Shown: positions 1 through 9,074 of the stretch, in pieces
Numbering within the stretch: position 1 is the first letter of the stretch
Layout: every line of letters begins with the position of its first letter
Assembly (NCBI GenBank): GCA_963790025.1
Contig: CAWBMP010000005.1
Location: 416,001 to 480,000 of the forward strand
Origin: Nitrospirota bacterium
Lineage (GTDB): Bacteria > Nitrospirota > Thermodesulfovibrionia > Thermodesulfovibrionales > Dissulfurispiraceae
DNA: 64,000 nucleotides
Direction: 5' to 3'
Notes under the pieces: generated by a model
What the model was told of the DNA's origin: nothing
The model's database searches: none
What the model saw: the letters and a program-made list of their open reading frames with translations, nothing else
Program-made: the position numbers and the translations under genes

Positions 1-317
1 TGGTAGTGCCATATATGCATACTTCGTCATTTGATAATCTTCGTGATGCCGACCTGCTCGACATCATGAAACTTGCGCGGTTCTCCATCGATTGCCTTAA
101 GAAGGCCTTTCATCCGGAAGGGTTTAATGGTGGAGTTAATATCGGCGAAGTTGCAGGTGCCGGAATCAAGGAGCACCTGCACATGCATATTGTACCCCGG
201 TGGGCCGGAGATTCGAACTTTATGGCGGTCACCGGCGAGATACGGGTCATCCCGGAGCATATACTCGAAACCTACGACAAACTTTACCCGTTTTTTGCCG
301 GCAACGTACCGGTTTAG
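1..317 (+). CDS. HIT family hydrolase / Ap4A phosphorylase (5' truncated by window edge)
   Basis: Histidine triad motif HLHMHIVPRW and GFNGGVNIGEVAGAG; stop at 315-317. Confidence 0.88.
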   Translation, partial: VVPYMHTSSFDNLRDADLLDIMKLARFSIDCLKKAFHPEGFNGGVNIGEVAGAGIKEHLHMHIVPRWAGDSNFMAVTGEIRVIPEHILETYDKLYPFFAGNVPV

Positions 318-330
318 GAGTTCCTGCTGC

Positions 331-360
331 TTGACTCCACCTTTTTAGCCTGTGTAAACT
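331..360 (+). promoter_or_regulatory. sigma70-type promoter, probably leaderless, for gmhA
   Basis: TTGACT(331-336)-18 nt-TAAACT(355-360) with an extended -10 TG; ATG follows 6 nt later; no SD. Confidence 0.6.
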
Positions 361-366
361 AACCTG

Positions 367-951
367 ATGGAAAAAAAGATACTCAGGGCCTTCGAAGATA
401 GCATTGCGGTAAAGGAAAAATTTGTTAAAGAGAACGTGTCGCTGATCGCCGAGATTTCAAAACTCATCGCCGATGCGTTCAATGACGGAAAAAAGCTGTT
501 GTTGTTCGGCAATGGAGGGAGCGCTTGCGATGCTTCGCACATTGCAGCCGAATTCGTTAACCGGTTTAAAAGAGACCGTCCAGGCCTTCCCTCAATAGCA
601 TTGAATACCGATATGGCGGTGATTACTTCTATTGCGAATGATTATGATTATTCCGAAATCTTCGCAAGGCAGGTCAAGACGTTGGGTGAGGCGGGGGATG
701 TCGCTATCGCGCTAAGCACAAGCGGAAGCTCAAAAAATATCCTTAAAGCGGTTGATGTGGCAAAAAAGAAAGGCATCCTGACGATTGCCTTTACAGGCCT
801 GAAGGGTGAAAAATTTGCCGCGAAAAACGACTATGCCTTCATTGTTCCCTCTGAAGATACCCCGCGTGTCCAGGAGGTGCATATAACTCTTGCTCACGTT
901 ATATGTCAGATAGTGGAAGAGATACTTTTTGAAGCCCCGAGAAAAAAATAA
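367..951 (+). CDS. gmhA: D-sedoheptulose 7-phosphate isomerase
   Basis: SIS-fold motifs GNGGSACDASHIAAEF, NDYDY, STSGSS and QEVH. Confidence 0.96.
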   Translation: MEKKILRAFEDSIAVKEKFVKENVSLIAEISKLIADAFNDGKKLLLFGNGGSACDASHIAAEFVNRFKRDRPGLPSIALNTDMAVITSIANDYDYSEIFARQVKTLGEAGDVAIALSTSGSSKNILKAVDVAKKKGILTIAFTGLKGEKFAAKNDYAFIVPSEDTPRVQEVHITLAHVICQIVEEILFEAPRKK

Positions 952-958
952 AAAAGGA

Positions 959-1471
959 ATGAAGATTCTAGGTATTGATCCTGGAAGCATTTATTGCGGT
1001 TATGGTTTTATAAAGGCGCCTGACAGAAAGGCGCATTTGGCCGCCAATCGGAGGGGCTGTCAGCCGTTGTACCTGGCTTCCGGCAGAATTATTCTCCCGG
1101 CGCGCAAACCGCTTCATATACGACTTAAAGAGCTTTATGCCACTCTTACCGAAGTAATCTCCGACTATGGGCCTGATGAAATAGTCATAGAAAAAATGTT
1201 TTTTGCAAAGGGGATAAAGGCTGCCCTGAGTCTTGGACACACGAGGGGTGTTGTTCTTATTGCCGCTGCCCTCACAAACCTCGATATCTACGAATATTCT
1301 CCGCTTGAAGTAAAGAAAGCAGTCGTCGGCTATGGAAAGGCGGACAAAAACCAGGTGCAGATGATGGTTAAAGAAATCCTTGCGATAGGACATTCCCTGT
1401 CTCCGGACAGTGCCGATGCACTGGCACTGGCGCTTTGCCACGCACATACAAGAAGGTTCGACAGTCCCTAA
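959..1471 (+). CDS. ruvC: Holliday junction resolvase RuvC
   Basis: ILGIDPG, EYSPLEVKKAVVGYGKADK and DSADALALA motifs; start moved to ATG 959; ~12 aa insertion after GYGFI. Confidence 0.95.
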   Translation: MKILGIDPGSIYCGYGFIKAPDRKAHLAANRRGCQPLYLASGRIILPARKPLHIRLKELYATLTEVISDYGPDEIVIEKMFFAKGIKAALSLGHTRGVVLIAAALTNLDIYEYSPLEVKKAVVGYGKADKNQVQMMVKEILAIGHSLSPDSADALALALCHAHTRRFDSP

Positions 1472-1500
1472 CAAAAGGGCATCTCTTGATTAGGGGCCCT

Positions 1501-1533
1501 AAAATATACGTTGATGCCGACGCCTGCCCAGTC
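1501..1533 (+). pseudogene. N-terminal remnant of a YaiI/YqxD (DUF188) family gene
   Basis: Translates to KIYVDADACPV, the signature N-terminus of the family; no start codon; similarity ends immediately. Confidence 0.6.
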
Positions 1534-1714
1534 AGTTATCGGAGGAAAGCGATAAACCAGCTCAACGTGCTCAAAAAATGCATAAAACCGGTGGAAAGCG
1601 ATGAACCTGCTACCGGACCAATATATTTTTTGGCATAGCATACAAAAAAATGTTATTTTAAAAGAGGAGCTTATAAAGATTAACCTGATTATAGAGGCGG
1701 ATTTAAACGCCGAT

Positions 1715-2602
1715 ATGAAAGCAATGGAAAATATAAAGTTATTATTAATTGAAGACGATCCGGCAGATGCAGAGCTTTTCCGGCGTATGTTGGACGACAT
1801 ACGGCATGCGACAATAGAGCTCGTATGTGCCAATAATATATCGTCAGGATTTAAACATTTCGACCGTGGCGGCATACAAATAATTCTTACCGATCTTAAT
1901 CTGTCGGACAGCCGCGGACTTGAAACAATTGCCAGAATAAACGAGCAAATACCGGAAGTGCCTATTATCGTATTGTCCGGCCTCGACGATGAAGAACTTG
2001 CAATCGAGGCACTAAAATCGGGCGCTCAGGACTATCTGATAAAGGGACGGATCGATGCCGATCGCCTGATACGCTCGATACGCTATTCTATTGAACGGCA
2101 TCGGCTGATTCAAAAACTCAAATCAATATCCATTACCGACGAACTAACTGGCCTTTATAACAGGCGCGGGTTTCTGGTACTTGCAAAAAAACAGCTGGAA
2201 ATGGCCGCACGTCTCAATAAATTATTATGGTTGATTTACCTGGATATAGATAACATGAAATGGATTAACGATAACCTTGGACACAGGGAAGGGGATGAAT
2301 CATTAATTGACATGGCTAATATCCTGAAGCAGACATTCCGTGGATCGGATATAATTGCCCGCATAGGTGGCGACGAGTTTGCAATCATTGCTCTGAACGA
2401 CTTTGAACCGGATTCTAAAGAAATGATTGAGCGCGTTCGGGAAAACACAGCGAACTTTAATGCAAATGGGGAACGACACTATAAATTATCGGTAAGCATA
2501 GGATTAGTTCCCTGCGATACCGTACCTGACTGCAATATCAATGAGTTGCTGGTCATAGCAGATAAATTTATGTATAAAGAAAAAATGAGTAAGAAAATAT
2601 AA
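1715..2602 (+). CDS. Response regulator receiver-diguanylate cyclase (REC-GGDEF)
   Basis: REC motifs LLIEDD, TDLNL, GAQDYLIK; DELTGLYNRRGF; intact GGDEF with RxxD I-site (RGSD); start likely 1715 or 1724. Confidence 0.92.
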   Translation: MKAMENIKLLLIEDDPADAELFRRMLDDIRHATIELVCANNISSGFKHFDRGGIQIILTDLNLSDSRGLETIARINEQIPEVPIIVLSGLDDEELAIEALKSGAQDYLIKGRIDADRLIRSIRYSIERHRLIQKLKSISITDELTGLYNRRGFLVLAKKQLEMAARLNKLLWLIYLDIDNMKWINDNLGHREGDESLIDMANILKQTFRGSDIIARIGGDEFAIIALNDFEPDSKEMIERVRENTANFNANGERHYKLSVSIGLVPCDTVPDCNINELLVIADKFMYKEKMSKKI

Positions 2603-2603
2603 T

Positions 2604-3191
2604 ATGATTGCGTCGTTGCGTGGGAAGCTTCTTTCGAAGAGACCGGACAGTCTGATCGTTGATGTACATGGTGTTGGATACGGCGTTCAGGTGCCCTTGA
2701 CCCTCATTTCATCCCTTCCCGGCGAACAGTCAGAGATTTTTCTCCATATACATACGCATGTGAGGGAAGATACATTACAGCTCTACGGGTTCCAGGCGGA
2801 AGATGAAAAGAGGATATTTACAACCTTGATCGGTATCTCAGGTATAGGACCTAAGACCGCGCTCAACCTCCTTTCAACTATCCCTCCCGAAAAATTTTAT
2901 ACTGCTGTCGATGCCGAAGATGTCGATGTTTTGTGCAGGGTGCCGGGACTCGGCAAGAAAACGGCCCACCGGTTGATTCTTGAGTTGAAAGATAAGCTGC
3001 CTTCATTCAGGGAGAAAAAGAATACTGTGTATGACGACACGCTTTCCGCACTGGTGAACCTGGGTTATAAAAAGAGCATAGCCATGGAGGCCCTTGAAAA
3101 GGCCTCCGGCATCGGGATGAACGATATTGAAGGTTTGCTGAGGGAGGCTTTAAAATATTTAACAACAGGCAAAGGTACAGGTAAAGGTTGA
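2604..3191 (+). CDS. ruvA: Holliday junction branch migration protein RuvA
   Basis: MIASLRG, VHGVGY, HVRED..LYGF, GIGPKTA, LVNLGY. Confidence 0.97.
   Translation: MIASLRGKLLSKRPDSLIVDVHGVGYGVQVPLTLISSLPGEQSEIFLHIHTHVREDTLQLYGFQAEDEKRIFTTLIGISGIGPKTALNLLSTIPPEKFYTAVDAEDVDVLCRVPGLGKKTAHRLILELKDKLPSFREKKNTVYDDTLSALVNLGYKKSIAMEALEKASGIGMNDIEGLLREALKYLTTGKGTGKG
3167..3190 (+). repeat. Hexamer tandem repeat (AGGYAA-like x4) encoding the RuvA C-terminal GKGTGKG
   Basis: aggcaa aggtac aggtaa aggttg. Confidence 0.55.
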
Positions 3192-3212
3192 GAAAAGCCT
3201 GATTTTAAACTT

Positions 3213-4280
3213 ATGAGAATAGAGGATAAAGAAATTGGGCCTTTGTCTCCTGAAGCTGAGGACCAGGAGGAGATAACTTATGAGAATAATCTGCGGCCCC
3301 GCTCACTTGATGAATTTATCGGACAGCAGAGGACCAAAGAGAACCTGAAGGTTTTCATCGCCGCTGCGGCCCTCAGGAAGGAGCCCCTTGACCACGCACT
3401 TTTTTTTGGGCCGCCTGGACTAGGCAAAACTACTCTTGCCACGATCATAGCCAATGAGTTGGCTGTGAATATTAAGAGCACATCCGGCCCGGTACTCGAA
3501 AGACCAGGTGATCTGGCAGCAATATTGACCAATCTTGCCGACCGCGACATACTGTTTATTGATGAGATCCACCGGCTGCCGAGAATTGTGGAAGAGGTGC
3601 TATATCCTGCCATGGAAGACTTTAACCTTGACATTATTATAGGTCAGGGCCCCAATGCGCGGACGTTAAAGTTGAACCTCCCTCGTTTTACGCTGGTAGG
3701 GGCCACCACCCGTACAGGACTCTTAACTTCGCCGCTGCGTGACCGGTTTGGCGTCATATGCAGACTCGAGTTTTATACGCCTGAGGAGTTGAAAGAAATA
3801 ATTGGACGGTCCTCGCACCTGCTTGAAATGCAGATAAAAGAGGATGCGGCCATCGAGATTGCAAGGCGATCACGAGGCACGCCCAGGATAGCTAACAGGC
3901 TGCTCAAGAGGATCAGGGATTTTGCCCAGGTTAAAGGGGATGGCGGCATAAACATGACGATAGCGAGAGAGGCCCTGACAGCACTTGAAGTTGACCATCG
4001 CGGCCTTGATGAAATCGATAGAAAATTGCTTCGCACCATCATGGATAAGTTCAATGGCGGCCCGGCCGGTGTTGAGGCCATTGCTGCCTCTATGAGGGAG
4101 GACCGGGAAACTATTGAAGATGTGTATGAGCCGTATTTGCTTCAGGAGGGTCTGATTGAGCGGACGGCGCGGGGAAGGCTTGCTACGAGATTGGCCTACG
4201 AGCATTTAGGGAAAAAGCCGCCTCGAGGGTTGTCCAAAAAGTCACAAGATTTTTTGGGGGACCCGGACGGCCTCTTCTAA
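3213..4280 (+). CDS. ruvB: Holliday junction branch migration helicase RuvB
   Basis: [12 protein letters not shown] Walker A, FIDEIHR, SRGTPR, EPYLLQ. Confidence 0.98.
   Translation: MRIEDKEIGPLSPEAEDQEEITYENNLRPRSLDEFIGQQRTKENLKVFIAAAALRKEPLDHALFFGPPGLGKTTLATIIANELAVNIKSTSGPVLERPGDLAAILTNLADRDILFIDEIHRLPRIVEEVLYPAMEDFNLDIIIGQGPNARTLKLNLPRFTLVGATTRTGLLTSPLRDRFGVICRLEFYTPEELKEIIGRSSHLLEMQIKEDAAIEIARRSRGTPRIANRLLKRIRDFAQVKGDGGINMTIAREALTALEVDHRGLDEIDRKLLRTIMDKFNGGPAGVEAIAASMREDRETIEDVYEPYLLQEGLIERTARGRLATRLAYEHLGKKPPRGLSKKSQDFLGDPDGLF
4231..4264 (+). repeat. In-frame palindromic element, copy 1 (AAAGTC...GGGGACCC family)
   Basis: tgtccaaaaagtcacaagattttttgggggaccc; aligns with 63007-63040 and the reverse complement of 54163-54190. 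Confidence 0.7.
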
Positions 4281-4284
4281 CGTA

Positions 4285-4851
4285 ATGAAACTACTGATGC
4301 ATATCTGCTGTGCAAACTGCGCAACATATCCCTTATCAGTGGTCAAAAAAAGGGGTATTACGGTAACGGGTCTTTGGTACAACCCGAATATCCATCCCTA
4401 TATGGAATATAAAAACAGACTGGAATCACTTCGGAAACTTCAGCAATTATGGGACCTGAATATTGAGTACGATGACTACTACGGCTTACAGGAATACCTG
4501 AGGAATGTGGTCGGAAATGAGGGCGGCAGATGCGAATACTGCTATACGGTGAGACTTGAGCAGGCGGCTCTCAAGGCCCTGGAGATAAAGGCCGATGCGT
4601 TTTCAACCACTCTCCTTGTGAGCCCGCATCAGAAATTTGATATGATTCTCGGCATCGGGCGGCTGATGCAGGACCGGTATGCCGTGGAATTTTATGCCGA
4701 GGATTTCAGAAGCGGCTTTCGCGAGGGCAGGGAAGAAGCCAAAACAATGGATCTCTACCGTCAGCAATACTGCGGATGCATCTATTCCGAGATGGAAAGA
4801 TACCAAAAAAGACAGACAAAGGCAGAGGTAAAGACTTTACCTTGTTTTTAG
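4285..4851 (+). CDS. queH: Epoxyqueuosine reductase QueH (DUF208)
   Basis: LLMHICCANC, YNPNIHP, RCEYCY, YRQQYCGC. Confidence 0.9.
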   Translation: MKLLMHICCANCATYPLSVVKKRGITVTGLWYNPNIHPYMEYKNRLESLRKLQQLWDLNIEYDDYYGLQEYLRNVVGNEGGRCEYCYTVRLEQAALKALEIKADAFSTTLLVSPHQKFDMILGIGRLMQDRYAVEFYAEDFRSGFREGREEAKTMDLYRQQYCGCIYSEMERYQKRQTKAEVKTLPCF

Positions 4852-4853
4852 AT

Positions 4854-5078
4854 ATGGACGGCTTACAGCACTTAGGGAAGTTATTGATTGTTATCGGCAT
4901 CGTCTGTGCCGCTGCCGGGGGGCTGCTGCTGCTTTCCGGAAAGGTCCCATGGCTCGGCAGGCTTCCAGGAGATATTATTTTACAGAGGAAAAATTTCACT
5001 TTTTATTTCCCTCTGGCGACCAGCATCATTGTAAGTATTCTATTGACGCTGTTATTCTGGATTATAGGTAAAAGATAA
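4854..5078 (+). CDS. DUF2905 family small membrane protein
   Basis: LGRLPGDI...FYFPLATSIIVSILLTL; typical ruvB-queA neighbourhood. Confidence 0.88.
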   Translation: MDGLQHLGKLLIVIGIVCAAAGGLLLLSGKVPWLGRLPGDIILQRKNFTFYFPLATSIIVSILLTLLFWIIGKR

Positions 5079-5208
5079 AAGGGTAAAAGGTTAATGGCTG
5101 AAGGCAAAAGGTTAAAAGTTAAAAAGTCACTAAACGAAAAAATAAAGAATTTATTTTTATTGTGCTCTTTACCCTTTTACCTTTTGTCTTTTACCCTTAG
5201 CCTTTCCT
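5067..5208. repeat. Heptamer-based inverted repeat (GGTAAAA)n...(TTTTACC)n
   Basis: About 8 degenerate left-arm units (5067-5123) and about 5 complementary right-arm units (5167-5208). Confidence 0.8.
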
Positions 5209-6152
5209 CTGTATCTTTTGCCCAACCCTGTATTCGTGTGCTCCTTGTCGATAACAAAAACGCAAGAATACCTCAAAAAGATGAGAAGGTTGAGAGGGTA
5301 GGCGGTACCAATGGAGAGGTGATCCTGAACGGAATGAAATACTCCGGCAATTTAGAGGTCTGGAAGAGCGATAAGGGACTCTACATTATCGACGAGATCA
5401 GCATGGAGGATTACGTTAAAGGCGTGGTGGCTGCCGAAGAAGGAGGTCAATGGGATATCGAGGCGCTAAAAGCACAGGCAGTTGCTGCGCGGACGTATGC
5501 GCTGCGCCAGTGGTTGGGCGGCGGAACGTCTAAAATGCCCTATAATCTTACTTCTACAGTCCTGCACCAGGCTTACAGGGGAAATAACATTCCCGAGCGG
5601 ATAGTAAAAGCGGTAGACGATACAAAAGGTGAAGTGCTTATGTATGAAGGTGCCCCTATCGTTGCCTACTATCACTCGACGAGCGGAGGGATGACCGAGG
5701 ACCCGCTTGAGGTTTTTGGAAAAGCCTATCCTTATTTAAAACCTGTGAAGACAAACTGCGAGCTGTCGCCATATTATATGTGGGAAAAGAGAATAGCGAC
5801 GGCAGATATCGAGAAGGTAATGAACGTATCCGGTCTGAAGGACATTATCATCGACTCATATACTGTTTCGAACCGCGTCAAGGTCTTCAGGCTTTTAACT
5901 GAAAATGGTGAAGTCGAAGTCCCCGGCCCGGATTTCAGAAAGAATATAGGCTGGGAACAGCTGCCAAGCACAATGATTACAAGTCTTAACAAGGACGGAA
6001 ATGTATATGTCTTTGAGGGAAAAGGTTACGGCCATGGTGTCGGAATGTGCCAGTGGTCCGCCCTTGAAATGGCAAAAGAGGGAAAGGATTACAGGGAGAT
6101 ACTCTCCACGTTTTATCCGGGTACTACTATTGGGGTCTATGAAGACCGCTGA
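5094..6152 (+). CDS. SpoIID/LytB domain protein (peptidoglycan lytic transglycosylase-like)
   Basis: EDYVKGVVAAE, EALKAQAVAARTYA, YHSTSGG, GYGHGVGMCQW; N-terminal signal peptide. Confidence 0.92.
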   Translation: MAEGKRLKVKKSLNEKIKNLFLLCSLPFYLLSFTLSLSSVSFAQPCIRVLLVDNKNARIPQKDEKVERVGGTNGEVILNGMKYSGNLEVWKSDKGLYIIDEISMEDYVKGVVAAEEGGQWDIEALKAQAVAARTYALRQWLGGGTSKMPYNLTSTVLHQAYRGNNIPERIVKAVDDTKGEVLMYEGAPIVAYYHSTSGGMTEDPLEVFGKAYPYLKPVKTNCELSPYYMWEKRIATADIEKVMNVSGLKDIIIDSYTVSNRVKVFRLLTENGEVEVPGPDFRKNIGWEQLPSTMITSLNKDGNVYVFEGKGYGHGVGMCQWSALEMAKEGKDYREILSTFYPGTTIGVYEDR

Positions 6153-7173
6153 TTTTTATTTTAATCTTCCCCAGGAACTGATTGCCTCACGGCCTTCCGA
6201 AAAGAGAGATTATTCACGACTGCTGGTCCTTCACAGAGATGGGTCTGTTGAGCATAAGCGCTTCTTCGAAATCTTGGACTATCTTGAAGAAGGCGACATG
6301 ATGCTCATGAACAATACCAAGGTATTTCCCGCGCGCATTATGGGGAAAAAGAAGGGAGGAAAGACGGTCGATATGCTGTTGGTCAGTGAAACGGCTGATA
6401 AAACAATATGGGAAATATTGTGCAGGGGCCATGCTGACGGTCCTGTAACCATTTTTGACGATGTTAATGCAGAGATTGAATCGCATTATTCAGGTAATAA
6501 AAACGAAAAAAAAAGATATCTGAAGATACCTGAAAGCGCTGTATCAGAACTGAACGACCTGTTCTGGAAATATGGATACATGCCGCTGCCTCCCTATATC
6601 AAGCGCATGCCTGAAGATGTTGACAAGGAGCGCTACCAGACAGTCTATGCCGAGAGGCAGGGCTCCATAGCTGCGCCGACTGCCGGACTTCATTTTACCA
6701 ATGAGCTTATACGGAAGATACAGGATAAAGGAGTATCTGTCAGGTTTTTGACATTGCATGTTGGGACGGGTACATTCAAGCCGGTGAGGGCCGAATCTTT
6801 GGAAGACCACCATATGGATGCTGAATATTTTGAACTGAATAAATCCATTATACAAGAACTGCGGCAGGTAAAGAAGAGCGGCAGAAAGCTTATATCAGTT
6901 GGCACCACAACAACCAGGGCACTCGAAAGCATTCAATTTGAGGATTCCCCGTGTCCGGACGTTATAAAGGGGACTACCGATATCTTTATTTATCCCGGGT
7001 ACAGCTTCAAGACAGTCGACTGTCTTCTCACTAATTTTCATCTGCCCAGTTCAACACCGATGATGCTCGTATCAGCATTAGCCGGATTTGGCAAAATAAC
7101 AAAGGCGTATAAGGAAGCTGTTGCTATGGATTATAGATTTTTCTCCTATGGTGATGCTATGCTAATTTTATGA
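6139..7173 (+). CDS. queA: S-adenosylmethionine:tRNA ribosyltransferase-isomerase
   Basis: MKTADFYFNLP, PLPPYI, AAPTAGLHF, VGTT, TNFHLP, YRFFSYGDAM; start moved to ATG 6139. Confidence 0.97.
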   Translation: MKTADFYFNLPQELIASRPSEKRDYSRLLVLHRDGSVEHKRFFEILDYLEEGDMMLMNNTKVFPARIMGKKKGGKTVDMLLVSETADKTIWEILCRGHADGPVTIFDDVNAEIESHYSGNKNEKKRYLKIPESAVSELNDLFWKYGYMPLPPYIKRMPEDVDKERYQTVYAERQGSIAAPTAGLHFTNELIRKIQDKGVSVRFLTLHVGTGTFKPVRAESLEDHHMDAEYFELNKSIIQELRQVKKSGRKLISVGTTTTRALESIQFEDSPCPDVIKGTTDIFIYPGYSFKTVDCLLTNFHLPSSTPMMLVSALAGFGKITKAYKEAVAMDYRFFSYGDAMLIL

Positions 7174-7967
7174 TAGGGAGGGGGCCGGAAAGATCATCAA
7201 TCTTACTGCTGGGCCGAAATTCAGTAGTTATTGGTGCGCTTCTCATCACCATAACCAGTTTCGGAGCAGGATATTTTTTTGGCTATAAGAGTAGTGAACC
7301 GTCAGAACAAGAGAAACAGGTTGCCGAGAGCTCGAGGCCGGGTGAAGTGGTCCCTCTCGGAGAGAAGCGGATTATCGAGGTTCCTGCTGCAAAAGATGTA
7401 GTGGTCAAGCAGTCTGCTGCCCCCCCTGTTTCCGGGAAGCCTTCTGATCCGATTGCCGAAGCCTCTGGGCATAAGTCACAGGAAGCGGCAGTTCTAAATG
7501 CAAAAGGGGAGACGTCCGGGAATAAACCTGATAAGTCCTCCATCGAACCTAAGAAAAGCGGGGTCGATGTTGCTGCAGCCGGAGCAAATAAGGTGCAGCA
7601 GGAAAATACTTCTGGACAATCTACCCAGGCTACTCAGGCTGCTCAGTCAGGAAATGCCGACTCCAAAAGCAGCAAGCAAGTACGCGAGAAGGCAGCAAAG
7701 AAGGCAAAGAAGGCAAAGAAGAGGGCTTCTACCGGTAAATTATACACAGTGCAATTGGGAGCGTTTCCAAATAAAGAAGGAGCGGAACAACTGTCTCAGC
7801 ATCTTAAGTCTAACGGCTATGCGCCTTACATTGTAAACGGAAACGGAAGCGACAGCTATTTCAAAGTGAGATTAGGGACCTTTAAGAGTAAAGAAGCAGC
7901 AGAAAAAAGTGCAGCGGCGCTTTTGAAAAAAACGGGATCGCAGAATTTTGTGACAGTGGCACAATAG
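7170..7967 (+). CDS. SPOR domain protein (FtsN/DedD-like)
   Basis: N-terminal TM, low-complexity linker, C-terminal YTVQLGAF...FKVRLGTF. Confidence 0.85.
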   Translation: MIGRGPERSSILLLGRNSVVIGALLITITSFGAGYFFGYKSSEPSEQEKQVAESSRPGEVVPLGEKRIIEVPAAKDVVVKQSAAPPVSGKPSDPIAEASGHKSQEAAVLNAKGETSGNKPDKSSIEPKKSGVDVAAAGANKVQQENTSGQSTQATQAAQSGNADSKSSKQVREKAAKKAKKAKKRASTGKLYTVQLGAFPNKEGAEQLSQHLKSNGYAPYIVNGNGSDSYFKVRLGTFKSKEAAEKSAAALLKKTGSQNFVTVAQ

Positions 7968-7995
7968 AGAATTCCCTCCAATGTCAGGAAATCCC

Positions 7996-8085
7996 AATGA
8001 GTTATAAGACATGAGTGAATGGGCTTTTAGAACGGGACCGCTTTGTCCATCAATACCCATTTGCCCATATGATCATTTACCCATA
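7996..8085. repeat. Octamer-based inverted repeat (ATGRGTRA)n...(TACCCATW)n
   Basis: atgagtgaatgggc ... tacccatt tgcccata tgatcatt tacccata; same unit as 37445-37548. Confidence 0.6.
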
Positions 8086-8096
8086 ATACTAAGAAA

Positions 8097-9074
8097 ATGG
8101 AGACCCTCACGAGAACGATAGAACTTGAACTTGACGAAGTAAAGGAGTATCCTTTTCTTCATGGAGGAGTCGATAAGACCCTTAAGGTCATCGAGGAATC
8201 CCTCGGAGTTGTTATCAGTGTGAGAGGAAATATGCTGATTATCAGGGGTGATGATGAAAAAATCGAGGTTGCGGAACGATTGATCGAGGAACTCCGGTCT
8301 GTCAACAGGAACGGTTATACCCTTAAACCTGAAGATATAATTTATGCGGTAAAATCGATGTCTGAAGGCCAGGTTATTTCTGTCAAAGAACTTTTTTCCA
8401 ACAATATCCCGGTAGCATCGAAGAGAAGGTTTATAATACCCAAGACGGAAACGCAGCGGCGTTATATCGACGCCATACGGACGTATGATATTGTATTCGG
8501 CATAGGTCCGGCGGGCACCGGTAAGACATATCTTGCTATGGCCATGGCCATCAGCGCATTTCTGACAAAACAGGTTTCGAGGATCGTTCTGGTAAGGCCT
8601 GCGGTGGAAGCCGGGGAAAAACTCGGATTTCTCCCGGGCGATATAGCTGAAAAAGTCAGTCCATATCTAAGGCCGCTTTACGATGCATTGTTCGACATGA
8701 TGGAAATTGACAAGGCTTCAAAGCTTATCGAGAGGGGCATTATAGAAATAGCCCCTCTTGCCTTTATGAGGGGGAGAACGCTGAACGATTCCTTTGTCAT
8801 ACTCGACGAAGCTCAGAACACCACGCCTGAGCAGATGAAGATGTATCTGACCAGGCTTGGATTCGGCTCAAAAACAGTGGTTACCGGAGATATCACTCAG
8901 ATTGACCTGCCGGCGGACAGGATCTCAGGACTTGTAGAGGGTATCAGAATACTCAAAAACATCGAGGACATAAAAATTATACATTTTACCGAGCGGGATG
9001 TCGTTCGGCACCGGCTCGTCCAGGAAATCGTACGGGCATACGAAAAATATGAAAAACGTAACGCCGAAGAGTAA
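8097..9074 (+). CDS. phoH: PhoH-like ATPase (YbeZ family)
   Basis: GPAGTGKTYLA, RPAVEAGEKLGFLPGD, MRGRT, DEAQN. Confidence 0.95.
   Translation: METLTRTIELELDEVKEYPFLHGGVDKTLKVIEESLGVVISVRGNMLIIRGDDEKIEVAERLIEELRSVNRNGYTLKPEDIIYAVKSMSEGQVISVKELFSNNIPVASKRRFIIPKTETQRRYIDAIRTYDIVFGIGPAGTGKTYLAMAMAISAFLTKQVSRIVLVRPAVEAGEKLGFLPGDIAEKVSPYLRPLYDALFDMMEIDKASKLIERGIIEIAPLAFMRGRTLNDSFVILDEAQNTTPEQMKMYLTRLGFGSKTVVTGDITQIDLPADRISGLVEGIRILKNIEDIKIIHFTERDVVRHRLVQEIVRAYEKYEKRNAEE

Noticed and set aside
1631..1646. Possible sigma54 promoter TGGCAT before the GGDEF gene
   Set aside because: No TTGC/GC at the -12 position
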